Assembly: GCF_000150275.1 (NCBI RefSeq) | Contig: NW_002060948.1 | Coordinates: 2,989,183 to 3,053,182 of the forward strand | Source of the DNA: Trichoplax adhaerens | Lineage: Eukaryota; Animalia; Placozoa | Reading direction: 5' to 3' | Length of the DNA stretch: 64,000 bases | Shown here: in pieces, positions 23,159 through 36,500 of the stretch | How the letters are laid out: each line of letters opens with the position of its first letter | How positions within the stretch are numbered: position 1 is the first letter of the stretch | Notes under the pieces: model-generated | The model's database searches: none | Seen by the model: only the letters and a program-made list of their open reading frames with translations | What the model was told of the DNA's origin: nothing | Translations under genes and position numbers: made by a program

Positions 23159-26100
23159 TTATCGTGGAGCAAGTTCAAGTGCTTGATTTTGAGCAATAAT
23201 AGAAGCCAGGTTTACAGCCAATACCCAACGGTTAGCTATAATCATATCTTCAGCTCTTAGGATCATCGACTTTTCTTCTGTTTTAACGATAAACACTGGA
23301 TTATCTTCATTTGCATTGTCAGCGAGCCTAATAGCCAAGATATCTTTCAAATAAGTAGTTTTCACGTCGGTATCATCCTAAAATAGAAAAATTCAAACGT
23401 TTAGCAACTCTGCTTGTAATAACTAGTTCGTCAAGTTTATGCCTCTTCATAGCGAAGCCTGATGACTCGTTTAAATCTATAGAAATATAAATTATATATT
23501 TTCATTTAATTAACAACACTACTACTATTAGGCTTTTTCCCTTATAAAACTTACATTTTCCTTTCGATTAACTAAAGAATCTTGAGTTAACGTAAAGAAG
23601 CGCTCATGCCAGAAATGGGAAAAGTTATGTCCTTTCTTTCTTAATTTTCCAGCAAACCAAATAATGCCATCGCGTACGAGCTCTATCGGTAGTCCAATAT
23701 AAAAATATATTTGATACAAATTTAAAACGTGCAATATTTTTATAATAAGAAGCCGAAAGTAATAATTTTGATGATCCTCTAACGCTTAGATATTAAATTA
23801 AGCCACATACTGCTTATCTTTCTACCTCTACAGAGCTGTATATATACTAGTACTTAATGTTAATTACCAACTAGGAAAGTATATGTCAGAATAAGTTTAT
23901 ACTAGGAATAGTGATCATTGATATAGCCGTAGAATAATCTCAAACCATTCAGAAATCAAAATTTAGCTTTAATTTTAGTTTTAATTCCTAGCAATTAAAT
24001 CCCATATTCTTCTACCTTCCGCTTTATCAGGATTGGAACAGATGAAACAATACCAAGATTTGTTGGTCTTATTAAACTGAAATGCTTCATAGAATCGGTT
24101 ATCTACTAATTCTTCACGCATTTCACGTCGTTCCTATTAAACGTTAAATTTTGACGTAAACTATATTGACATCTCTCATTGTAAGGAAATATAATGATCT
24201 TTGCTATATATAATATTCAATAAATAATGATATTAATTAGGCTGACTTAACAACAATATCTAGTAGTATTACAAGTATACCTGAGCCGTAATGAAGGGAT
24301 CATTTACTGCAACCTCAAAATTCTTAATTACTTCATTAGAGCTTTTCCCATTTTGCTTCCAATTTGCTCTGCCCGCCTTTAAAATTACAACATTAATAAA
24401 TCATATAATAGTTAATCGATTAATAGATTTGAAACCTTATTTATTAACATGTTAGATTCAACTTAACATAACTTTATCCAGATGGATTCTAAATAAATTA
24501 ATCAGATTGGCTACCTTCATTGCACAAAATGAATACTTCATCCATTCTGTTACTTGGCTGGTTTTAACGCTAAAATGTTTGCCATTAAACATGCAGCCTG
24601 GGTTTCTTTTAGTGCATTTAAAATGTAAAATAATTTCCGGCTCTCCATAAGCTGTAAAGTAAAAAATTTAAACAAACTTAATAAACAGAAAATACAAAAT
24701 TTAAATAATTTATGATTTGTGATCCAAAATATATTCAAAAATATCCTTATCACTGTAAGTTTTACGAGATTCCTAAAACATCAACAATGTTTACACAGAT
24801 ATTTACATGATCTGCTGAAAGCTCTAAGAATTGGAAGAGATTGAACCGTTTCGGAAACGAAAATTTTTATTGAATTTAAATCTAGAGAATTGGCTTCTTC
24901 AGGAGCTGTATTGCTTGCAATCTTCGGCTCTTTTGCATGAATAACGCTATTTAAGCTTGCATTGGATAGACTTGACCGCATGCTATGAGAAGGCTCTCCA
25001 TGCTCGATTTCTCCATTTTCTTTAATTCCATTTGTCATATTCTCATTTTGTATCTCATCGCTCTTCGCGGCCTTCAATGCAGACGATTAAGGATATAGAA
25101 TATACAATAGTTATATAGTAATAATTAATTCGTTTAATAATTTAGCACACCAGATGATATTAATTTACTAACTAGTGCTATTTAGCACCGTTTCAGTAGG
25201 CAACTCGGTGCTGTTCTATATATTAAGATAGACATTTTACAGCTATTGGTAGCCACATATGTTACATTATATCAATCTAGGCTTCAAACCGTTACATTCT
25301 TTGTCTCTTCCTTTATTGGTGGAGTAGTACGACTTTGTTGAATCTAGTTAAGCAAAATAATTATTGCTACTTTAGGGAAAGTATTTTCATATAAAAAATT
25401 AGTAAAACTCCTTAAGTAACAATTTAGAAATGTATAAACTTTTTTGGAATTTAATTGCTGAACAAATGTCTATAAACAGTGACCATATTTGAATATTTAG
25501 GGTAATTTAGATTAACGTATCGAAATATCGCTGTATTGATTACCTGTTCATTGTTTTCCATAACATCATCACTAGTAGGTTCTTCAGCGGTACTTAAAGT
25601 AGGCAATAAGATCAAAATTTTCGGTTTATAAATGTTCTGGTATTCATCATGAGCATTGCAAATTACAATAATATTCGCTCATATTTTTGTATTTGGAATG
25701 AATATAATGGGAAAAGATAAGAAATCGAAGGCATTTAAAGTTTGAGCAATATACCTATTCTTTATATTCTGAGTATAATTTTCCAAATCTAGGTCGGATA
25801 TAAATGCTCTAACAGAACGGCTGCGAGCTTTATTCGACACATTTGTTATAGTTGACAATCGAGATCTTATTTGCTGGGGATACCTATCACCAATTTTTTT
25901 CATTTCCGCCAAAATTAAGGGGTATTTTGCTTCTTCTTCAGTCCTTAACATTTGTGACATATTATATAGCATCTTTTTGGCGTGTTTCTAAGCAAATACG
26001 TACAGAAATTAACACAATTAGAATATATAGATCATTAATCTTTGGGTTATTAAGGTCCATAATGAAAATTAAAAAAGTTTTTTAAACATTGTACCTCATC

Positions 26101-27532
26101 ATTCAAACCAATCGCCACCCTTATACCTAATTCATAGCCAAAAAGTGTTGGATCTTTCCGACACGCTGCCGTAATGTCCGAAAGATTATCGAAAAAGATT
26201 AATGGCTCATGCTGAGCAAGAGTTTCGCATATTGCCAAGACTAATATGCTGAGGTCATTGCGATCAAGGTACTGAAGCAAAACATCTTTATAAGATTTTA
26301 CTGCCTGTGCCCAAGGGTAAATATAAATGATATTTATATCAGTAGATTATATTTATAGGATCATTTCTCTACGAAATTTATTAATAAACAAATAAAAGGC
26401 CAAATGAATTCAAATCAAACATTTTATAACCTCCGGTTTATGCTTGGCAATCAATCCAATTGTCTGCAGAATAGCAACTTTCTCTACAACGTCTGCTTTC
26501 GAGAGCTGACGGATAATAATATTTACGTTAGATGAAATTAAATCAGGACAATTATTAAAGATATGTGGCAAAATTCGGCATAAAACCGGCATTTTTATCT
26601 TTTTTAGAATATTAATAATCTCCTGGCTATGAGGTGCGACTAAACGTGGCATATCCATCGTTACTCGGCATAATCGAACAGTTATTAAACGAATAAGAGA
26701 AGGATTATTCTCATGGAGAAATTGGAAAGCAACTGGAACAGCCTTCTCCATTATTTCAGACTTATGGTATTTCTAAAATTAAAATTAAAACAAAGTCTCG
26801 TATTATTTAATAGTAAATATCGGTAGAAGCATGCTATCCGATATGAGACATTATATACTCGATCTTAGTATTAATATCATATACATTTGTGTTATCTACG
26901 CATAAATGTTACTACTAGGCTTTGGCATCATTAAAGTTAAAATTCTTTCATGTTATACCTGGAAAAGGCAAGACGCTACATCAGTGGCAATGGTAACATG
27001 AGGATGCTCCACTTCGTATTTAGATGTTGAAGATAATGGCTGTTCTAAACAAATTTCCCAAATTCGGATCAATCTTTCGTAGTGTTGATCGATCAGGTCA
27101 TCATTTCTGATCAATACAAAATTATTCAATTCTGGAATAAGTTATCAGAGTGCCTTGATTTGGTAGGCTACATGACACAAATTTATTTCATACAAAATTT
27201 CGATATATCACGAAACAACATATGGTTGGCTGTATATAACATCACGCACATCTAAGAATTGCAAATTTAGCTAATATCGCTTAACAATTTTACCAAACAC
27301 ATACAATGATCGTATAAAGAGTCGCATTATGTATATTTTAGATATAGGCTTACTTGATTACGGTCAAAACGCGTTCCAAGCACACTGCTACAGCTTGTTT
27401 CTCATTATTATTAGAAATAAATTCTGGACTGGCGATAGCGGTATGTATCTTAATTAAAATATCATCAACATTGTCGCGGATATAGTTATTTGGCATATGA
27501 TTTAGAGTTACTTTTTTAGGTTTGATGAGCAT
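23159..27532 (-). CDS. VEPH1: Melted / ventricular zone expressed PH domain protein homolog, about 14 coding exons
   Basis: Exons include 27532-27354 (NNNEKQAVAVCLERV), 27106-26959 (IWEICLE...HPHVTIATDVASCLFQ), 26772-26431 (MEKAVPVAFQFLH), 26304-26095, 25987-25755, 25592-25544, 25343-25296, ~24133-24016 (WYCFICSNPDKAE), and a C-terminal PH domain in ~23682-23555 (GKLRKKG...WHERFFTL) and ~23377-23159 (ILRAED...NRWVLAVN). The start codon and some middle exon boundaries are uncertain. Confidence 0.88.
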
Positions 27533-28839
27533 TTTAACAATTAGGTAAGTGCTATTGGTATTAATGCAGATAGATTTAGCTTACTGATTGAGAGACGAAA
27601 TCGATCTACTTAAAAATATCTATCACAAACTATTCGATGGCAATTTTACATTTATTTAATAGCTGATATGAAACGTAACAGTCACAAAATGTTCTACGTA
27701 CTGCTGTAATGTAGCTGTTTATGACTAAAGACAATTCTACTCCTCGTCAGCGTCTATGCATTCTCTCAACTATTTGCGTTATTACTGAGTAATGATAAAA
27801 ACTATTACTAATCTTACCGTTTCACCCATATTAGTCATCTTCTAGCAACGGATGAGTCTATCCATGTATTATTCCACCGTCTGTTTCACCATATTGTTGA
27901 CTTTGTTCCACCCATTAATTCTAAGCAATTTATTAAGCTTTAGTCCACTCATGACAGGTGTGGCCTACTATAAACTTGGTATTGCATTTATATGCATACA
28001 TGTATGCTAATGTATCGAACCCTTTATTAGATTACTAATTTAGCGTAACTCTCTTGTCTACTGCTTATTATTATCTAGCTATGTAAAAATATTTATTGAA
28101 TCATTGCTTCTCTATCATCAGATATTAGTTAGAATTTTATACCTGAATCGATCACCATAGGAAATAAAATTGAGCTATAATACATTTAATAAAAAGTGAT
28201 CAAATACGATAAAATTTTACCTTTCATTAGTCTGCCAGTAATAGCATATATCAGTTTTCAAATTTTCTTAATTATGATATAGATAAAAAACTAGATTAAA
28301 ATCATTTCCTTCTAAAGTAATGTTACAAAATTTGTCAGCTTACTACCGTTATTGTAAATATTTATACTACCTAAATAATGCCATTTTTCTATAATTCTCA
28401 CATTAAAATATCGGTGAAATAGCTTAAATTTGTTTAATTACAACATTAAATTAATTAAAAGGATACTGTTTTATATAAAAATTTTGCTTGACATTTCTAA
28501 TGTAGTGTAAAGGCAATCAATGTTTGGACGTGAAAATTTATATAAATTAATTGGTAGCATTATTTCGATTCACAGGACATTCTGATTACAAGTGCAGTAT
28601 ACGTACCTAATATTAAAGTAAAATATCGTAAAATGGGATTAAAAAATTGAAATTTCGAGAACTTTTCAACGTTAAATTACTATAAAGGTATTACACTAGG
28701 TAATCTATAAAAAAAAATTGAAACTTGATTAATATACAGTGTACTAATATTAAAATTAATTAATTTAGGAATGTACATTTAACTGAATCCATTATACTAA
28801 GTAGACTAACTTAACGGAAATGAGTAAATTATATGCAAA

Positions 28840-29170
28840 GTCGCGGCAAGTAAATTATATAGCGCACAAGGTATAACGAGCGAGTACGCTACTAGCCATT
28901 CTGAGACCTCAAATGACGACGCCATCACGGTGACGTAATCACGATATTACGCAAGCGCAGATTTATCGAGACAGTTAATTTAACAGTGCAGTGCTGGAAA
29001 CGAATGAATGAATGGGCACAAGGACTTCTAGTAAGAGGAGAGTTTAGAAGTCGCTGACCGATATACCATAAAGGTAAGAGAAAATGCTCACTCAGTATTT
29101 TTCTCTTACTTCTATGGGATGTACGTTCAACTCCGTAACGCATGCGAACGCGGGTAAATTCGATATATCG
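28840..29170. promoter_or_regulatory. Locally GC/CpG-rich putative promoter upstream of VEPH1
   Basis: CpG-rich island in AT-rich DNA, with a CRE-like TGACGTAA (~28931) and an NRF1-like CGCATGCG (~29139). Minus-strand splice donors at ~27817, ~28142 and ~28220 suggest 5'UTR exons. Confidence 0.4.
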
Positions 29171-29319
29171 GGATATTAAACAGAAATCGAGGACATTGTA
29201 TCATAATGCTTATCGTAATTACTACCGTGTTTAGTCTACCACTGTCTGCTGGAGAGATTAAAAATTAATTTTCACAATCCTTGTCAGTGAAATGATCACT
29301 GAGATAGAACTTTATTTAG

Positions 29320-29560
29320 AGTCTAGTCCATTCATTAATCTTAGTAATAGTCTAAATTCATAGGCAAAGAATTACTAGATTAAAATATCTCCGTAATTCT
29401 TTTAAATGAGAAAACAGAGAAGTATACACGTATATACTGGAAATTTATTCATAGTCTAGTCCATTTATTAATCTTATTAATAGTCTAATACATTTATAGT
29501 CAAAGTATGACGAGATTAAAAAATCTTCATTACTCATTTAAATAGAAAACAGGGAACTGT
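29320..29560. repeat. Two-copy tandem duplication, ~132 bp period
   Basis: AGTCTAGTCCATT.ATTAATCTTA.TAATAGTCTAA...AGAAAACAG at ~29320-29423 and ~29453-29557. Confidence 0.85.
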
Positions 29561-30905
29561 ATTACTATATTGACCTTGAAGGTATTTCTTCGTCAATAAT
29601 AAACGTTGAGGTTTTATCAATTCATTTCAATTCAAACGCCCGTAAAAGGAGATATTATTAATTTTTTTCACGTCAGAATGATAATAATTAATGACGTAAA
29701 ATTAGACAAAATGAAAAAAGGATTGGAACCAAGAACACCGATTGCAACAATATCCGTTATATGTATACAAGCAATACATTGGACATACAATAGATGATGC
29801 AGCAATGTCATTGATATTTTCATGGTTTACGCAGTGCATCAAGATTAATTAACTGCAAATATTCAAATCGTTGTTACTAATAACTATAAATACTGTAATG
29901 TATATATAGATATCAAGAAAGAATAATTTCAATGAAATATTTAATAATTTATGCTTGAATCAAGTTAGTTCTTAATTTACTTTAATTTTTCCAGTTCCTG
30001 TTATTTATTTAGAAGTTCGCATGCTGTATATGTTATGGCCATTCCTAAAAACGTTTTCAATCTTAGGACTGATTATGATCAATGAATATAGCCTATACAA
30101 AGTCTTAAACACCTAGTACTGCATCATAATAATGATTAATTCTTTCGCTAAATTATCATACACTGTTTTATGGCTCAGATTATTCAACAAGTATATATAT
30201 GCGTACATTCACATTGATTTCTATCGATGTTAAACATAATACTGTAGCAACCAATACTAATTATATTTTATTATTGTATTAAATAACAAAGCCGCTATAG
30301 TATTGAGTCTTAACTCACCTTAGTGACTTTTATATCAAAATCATTACCATTATAATTAGCATTCACGTAGAAAGTTGTACTATATTTAACTGTTGAATAG
30401 GGACGGCAATAATGGATTCGATATTATTTATGCTCTGTCCAGCACCTATTATTTATTTTACTCTATACATTATGTATTTATCCTATAAGAAAAGGGCTGA
30501 TTATCATGCTAATCATTATTCGTTCAATTTCATTGGTTAAGGCACTTTTTCCCTTAGGCAAATAACTGAATAAGTTATTTCTTTCTCCCGTCGTAAGTTA
30601 CTTTAGTTTTTATTGAAAACATTTGATATTACTCGTCGTCAATTTGGGTAGCCTTCAAGAAGAAATTAATAACTTTACTTAGAAAAAATCGCGATAGCAT
30701 ATCATACAGGTTGAATTTTTAAGCAATATTTAGTAGATTGTATCTATTTCGATTAAGTAAAACTCTTGTCTTCCTTCTTTGATTTTATAACATCGATTTA
30801 AATGTAACTAACACTTTTAGATTAAATCTTTTTTCGTTTAAAACGTAACTAATTACCTCGCCTTTTTGACTAGATCGTCCTAGCTTAATTTAATTTTTAT
30901 TGAAG

Positions 30906-33595
30906 ATGAAGTTCATTATAGTATCATTACTGATTACTATTGCGGCGTTATCGTTAATCGTCGAAGCCGATAAAACTCAATCTAAGGTAAATCTTATAAT
31001 GTTTGTCAAATTAATAATGTATCCCACTTTTTTCTAGGCATTTTACGATTTTTAAAGAAAATGATGGTTGTTGCATAGCAATTTTATAGCATTTTACGTT
31101 ATAGTATACATCTACTGTATTGCCGCTCTTGTTTTTCGAGAAACCTGTTGATTCATCATTACAGTGCCAAGTATAAATGCTTACACCAACATAACTATTC
31201 AATCGCCGATGTAAAAATTTTGATTTAAAACCACGATAAACAGAAGTCCGGACATATTTTCTTAAACATTTACTTTGTTAAAGCGTTCATGAACTTTTAC
31301 TTGATTAAAAAATTCAGCTCGATGCTTTACAGTCTCACACTTTGATTTGGAGTTCTAATTCAGAAAAAATTATATCGCGGGCTTATATTTTATAACCAAA
31401 ATGTGCGCTTAATATCTTGTTAACTATCAAAACGACATCATTCTAATTAAGTACGGCCTAATAATGTTTAGTAGCCTGTTGATTCATCCTTTAGTAATCC
31501 AGAAGTATACATGGCTAACTACCCAAGACTCTTAAAATAACGATTTCTTCCTTCTATGTTCTATGAATAGAAATTATCGAAAACCTTGAAAAATAGCCAT
31601 TCTGAATCTCTTAATAAAAAATTCTTCGCTGGTACGCTAATTTTCATCTTTTCAACGAATCTTTACAGTAATTGAGTTAAACAGATAAAATAGGTAACTT
31701 ACTCTTAAGGTGTACTAATATATTCTATACAATGTGTAACAGCAATGATGAAAAGATTGGCAATGGCAAACATGGACGAGGACGAGGGCGATGAAGAGTC
31801 AGACAGAGAAAGAGAATCATGGGAAGATAGAGATGACGAAATTGTACCAGATAAAATACTAAATAAAGTACATCAAACTAAAGCAAAAAAGCCTTTGAAA
31901 AAGACAGTTAAAGTAGAAAAACCACTAAAGAAAGAAAGCCATGGTGAGTTAAGAGAACGTACATGCTATTTTACGTTACGCTGATTGATTTCTGATAAAA
32001 TATTCATTCAAATAATCATTACATTTAATATTACTGCCTACAGAGAACGTATACTATACTGTGGTAGCATAGAAGATAGGATAATATTACTGTTAGGCGT
32101 AATACTACTTTACTGTTTGAGCTTGGAATAAATGCACTCTAAGTAATAACTTTATTGTAATCAATTTATATACCCCTGGAGCACTACGTATTCTTACTTA
32201 TTCCTTCAGTATCTATCCATTTTTATCGACGGTCTAATTTCTTTATTTTTAACTCAATTTATTTACAGACATTAACAAATCATCCAAGAACCAAAAATCA
32301 GGTATATTTACTCTGTAATTATAAGAAACCGTTTTATCTTGTCTTAGCTACAGCACAATACGACGGACATATTTTTAACCAGATCCGTTTAGATATTATT
32401 GAACAGCTCTGCTGGTAATAAAAGCTGGAGGCCTTCCCATCATCTAATACTATTTCAACTAATAAATAGTATTTTTATCAATCATCAAGTCTTATGGATT
32501 TTTAAAATTATCTCTATTTTAGATAAAGACAGCCAAAAATCGTCCGATAAAAAATCAGGTATCTTTAATTTTGTAAAATATTATAAGCTTTAACGAAATA
32601 TCGTTTTGATAACTATCATAAATTGGTTTAAGATAAAATTAATTTATACAAGTATACAACCATGAAATATTCATTCCGATAATAACGTTCTAGTTCATTA
32701 ACAATAACATTCAGTTTTAGCCCACCATTGATAACTCTATTAACCGGTCTTAAATCATTTTAAATATGCCTTTTCAGCCGCTAAAGCTCAGCTTAACGAT
32801 AAAATATGTGGAAAATCGGCATTTTCTGAACATATGACTCGCATTGTTGGTGGACAAGAAGCAACGCCGCATTCATTACCTTGGCAAGTAACATTACTTA
32901 TTAGAAGAACTTACTTTAATGGCAAAGTAAGTGAACATGCTTACTGCGGTGGTTCATTAATTTCACGCGAATGGATCGCAACAGCAGCACATTGTGCTAA
33001 GGATAAGTATCCAGCTGAAGATATGCGTATCTGGTTAGGCAGTCATGATCTGACAAAGCAGGAATCATCGCGTGTTAAGCGTAGTGTAATCAAGAAAATA
33101 CAAAACCCTCATTATAACGCTCCAACTACTGATTACGATATCGCGCTATTACAATTAGATAAAGCTGTTGAATTTAATGAATATGTTAGGCCAATATGCC
33201 TTCCAGAAGCACAAAAACGAGCTATAGAAGGCTCTCAATCACTTATATCAGGTTGGGGAACGCTTTCCTTCCGTGGAAACACATCACCAACATTGCAAGT
33301 TGCTGTCGTGCCGATCGTTAGCCGTGAAACTTGCAACAGTTTGAGAAGCTATCATGGCCAAATTACAACCAGAATGTTATGTGCTGGCTATACAGAAGGT
33401 GGTGTAGATACTTGCCAAGGAGATAGTGGTGGACCGTTGGCTACTCAAGTTAAAAACAGTGACAAATTTGAGTTAACCGGAGTCGTCAGTTGGGGTGCAG
33501 GCTGCGCTAGACAGTACAAGTATGGTGTCTATACAGATGTATCATACTTCCGTGATTGGATTGATAAAATGGTCAATCAATATTCTCGTCTGTAA
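30906..33595 (+). CDS. Secreted trypsin-like S1A serine protease zymogen, 6 exons, ~409 aa
   Basis: Exons 30906-30986 (signal peptide MKFIIVSLLITIAALSLIVEA), 31571-31631, 31743-31943, 32269-32301, 32523-32558 and 32778-33595, all in frame with GT-AG introns. Linker Cys (ICG), activation site R|IVGG, triad AAHC / DYDIAL / GDSGGP, S1 Asp (GVDTCQ). Confidence 0.9.
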
Positions 33596-36500
33596 TGCCT
33601 CTTAGACTAAATAATGTGCACTTCAATAAGAATGTGCCATAAATCCATGTTGACAAAGCTTTAAATGCATCTGCCTTGAAAATTTCAATCACGAAAACAA
33701 GTCTACAAAAATATCACCCGTTATACATGAAAAAAATTGAAGCTATCAAAACTGAGTCCAATATTTAATTGCTGCCAATGTATAATTGCACGTCAGGGAT
33801 ATTAAAGTTTAACACAAGCTTGGCGTAAGAACATTTTAACAATTGGATTATTTATTCTTATCCTCTTTCGTATTTTGTATAGGTGTTATTTTTTGCGCGT
33901 ATCGCAATGTAATACCTTGCTCAAGTAGAATTAGGACCATTAGTTTTTGATGATGTTCGTGTTTAAGTTAACAGTAGTTTCATTATATTTAGTTTTCCTT
34001 AGTTAATCTACAAATCATAGGGTATTTTTATACTAATAGTACTTAATTTTTTAACTTAAAGGGACTTTAGATTAACAATTATACTGGAAATCTAAAGCAA
34101 TACTAACTTATTGTTAGCTCTTGGCATTTATTATTTTACGATGGTTATATGATATCTCGATTTAGGTTATAAGTTATCATTACTATCATTGATTAGCAAT
34201 GCAAAATGGCGTAATATTATTTGGAAATATTTTTATAATTTCATTGCCTGTAATTTTAATATTCAACCTTTAATAAATATACCTGTCTTAATAGAACTGT
34301 ATGAGCGTCACTACTAACTATATCAGCTTTAATGACATTGAAGCGTAGCAGAGGATGCTTAGACTCAATTACTTACTTGAAGCACACGTGTTAAGGACTG
34401 CAGGTGTCGCGAATATTTATTTATCTTTCAACATCAATAATGGCTTCATACTATTAATCATGTTCAATCAAAACTACTAGTACTGATTGGTTATATTTAT
34501 AGTAGCTAATTACGATCTAAGATCTTAAGTTTAAATTTCTGCAATTATAAAAATAAAAATTGGAAGGCATACCGCATGCAATGCTGAAGTATAAGTGTGC
34601 CATTAAATTACCTTCAAATGTTGCACTGATTACAGGTATCTAGGCATTAAGTGATTAATGAAATTATGTCAGTCGTATTACTATCTATGGCATCAACTTA
34701 CCCAAAAATTTGTCATGCTATATGGGCAAAGACATACCGAAATTTTATAATAAATTACCTTTGTTGCGGGTAAGAACATCATATCCTAATTTTTGAAGGA
34801 ACAGGTAATCTGAAGTAGCCTACAGAATCAAACCTACCTTTTAATATTAATTCCTCTCTTGCATCAATCATATCTCCCTTCCAATCGATCAATCGATATA
34901 CATCGTTATTTATACACTTTCTATAGAGGCTGGCCTATTCTGCCTACGTCTAATGGAATGTTCTAATGATTATCGGGCACGCCCAAATCTTAGTTACTGG
35001 AAAATAAACAAATGCTAAGTATTGTGAATAGATGAATCTGATTAATTGCACATACCTGCTAGAATAAATCTAATAACGTATTATGTGCCTTAAAAATTAA
35101 TCATTATCGTTTGTTTCGAAATTAAACAAAATAATTGTCAAAAAAATGAACATCGTAAACGTTAGGATCTGCCAATGAAGTATGGTTACTGAAGTGAATC
35201 CCCAAATATTGCGTAGTCAAGACGTTTCTAATAATGTACCGTAACTATTTTGAAATTCCCCAGTTATATCTTTTAATAATAAACTGCGATATATTAGCAA
35301 TAATTAACAATTACACCAATGTTTGTGATATTCAAAATAAAACAAGAACTATAACGTAGTTTACGCAGTTATCGCTTAATGCCGTATTAAAAATGAAACA
35401 GCAAGGATAATGGCAACTAGCTTGAATACCTTACATCGACAGTCTATAATAATCAAGGTATTACATAATGTTCTGTATTTCTACAATATTGATAAAGTCT
35501 TGAATTGATAATAATTTTTCACTCTCTATAAATAAATTTCCAATTCGAACACAGCTTGAAATCAAATGAGTACAACGCAAAGGTTATAATCATTATTGCA
35601 AGCGTAAACGCCATATTTGAGCAATTTTGAGAAAATGTATGAACGTTAATTTAAGCTGAACCCGTAATTCATTAAAATAATGTACCAGAAGTACAAAAGA
35701 TAAAAATTTAGATTATTCAAAATACCGTTCTAGAATTTCTTATGCTCTGAGATTTTCCAGTTTAAAGGGTTAAAGCATCAAAACCAAAGCAATGCAGCAT
35801 ATCAAGAAAGCTTTCATTGGGCGAATTGAAAGAGACCAGTTTATGGCATGGGAGCTTAAGCTACAGTAAATTTATCAGAAAGCCGATTAATATCCTAGTA
35901 GAAAACATAAGAAAGTTTAATGGTAAAGAAATATATATATTCATGGATTATTACTACCTTATCGCTAGCAATAGACCAAAAATTTATACCTAATTACTGT
36001 ACACGCCGCGTTTCCCCGTCATTATAAATTTTTAAGTATCGTAGGTTCCCCTAAATTGTGGCAAAGATTGCTCGATATCGGTATTCGACATCACTATTAC
36101 TTTACCTTAGATTATTAGGTTGGTGTTATTTTTTTTAGTCATAGATATATGAATGTTATTGTTGAAAATTTACAGTAAACTATGCTATCGTAATATAAAC
36201 GGACAGTTTACAATATATATATACAGTTCATAATAAGCAGGTAACGTCTTATTTTAATGTATCAAGCGAGAAGCTCAAGAACCATACCCTGTAGAATTTT
36301 ACTATTACCTGTGTAAAATTTAAACTAAAGACCCTTTAAAACGGAAGTGCGTCTAAGCCAGTAATATTAAGAATACCTATTGCCTCTATGGGTTTTATTC
36401 TACAGATCATAGCTGTATCACAGTGGTCTCTCCATGAAAATTACATCGGTTATAGAATTGTACCCAAAGGGTGCTAATGCTATGCTATTAATTACATCTC

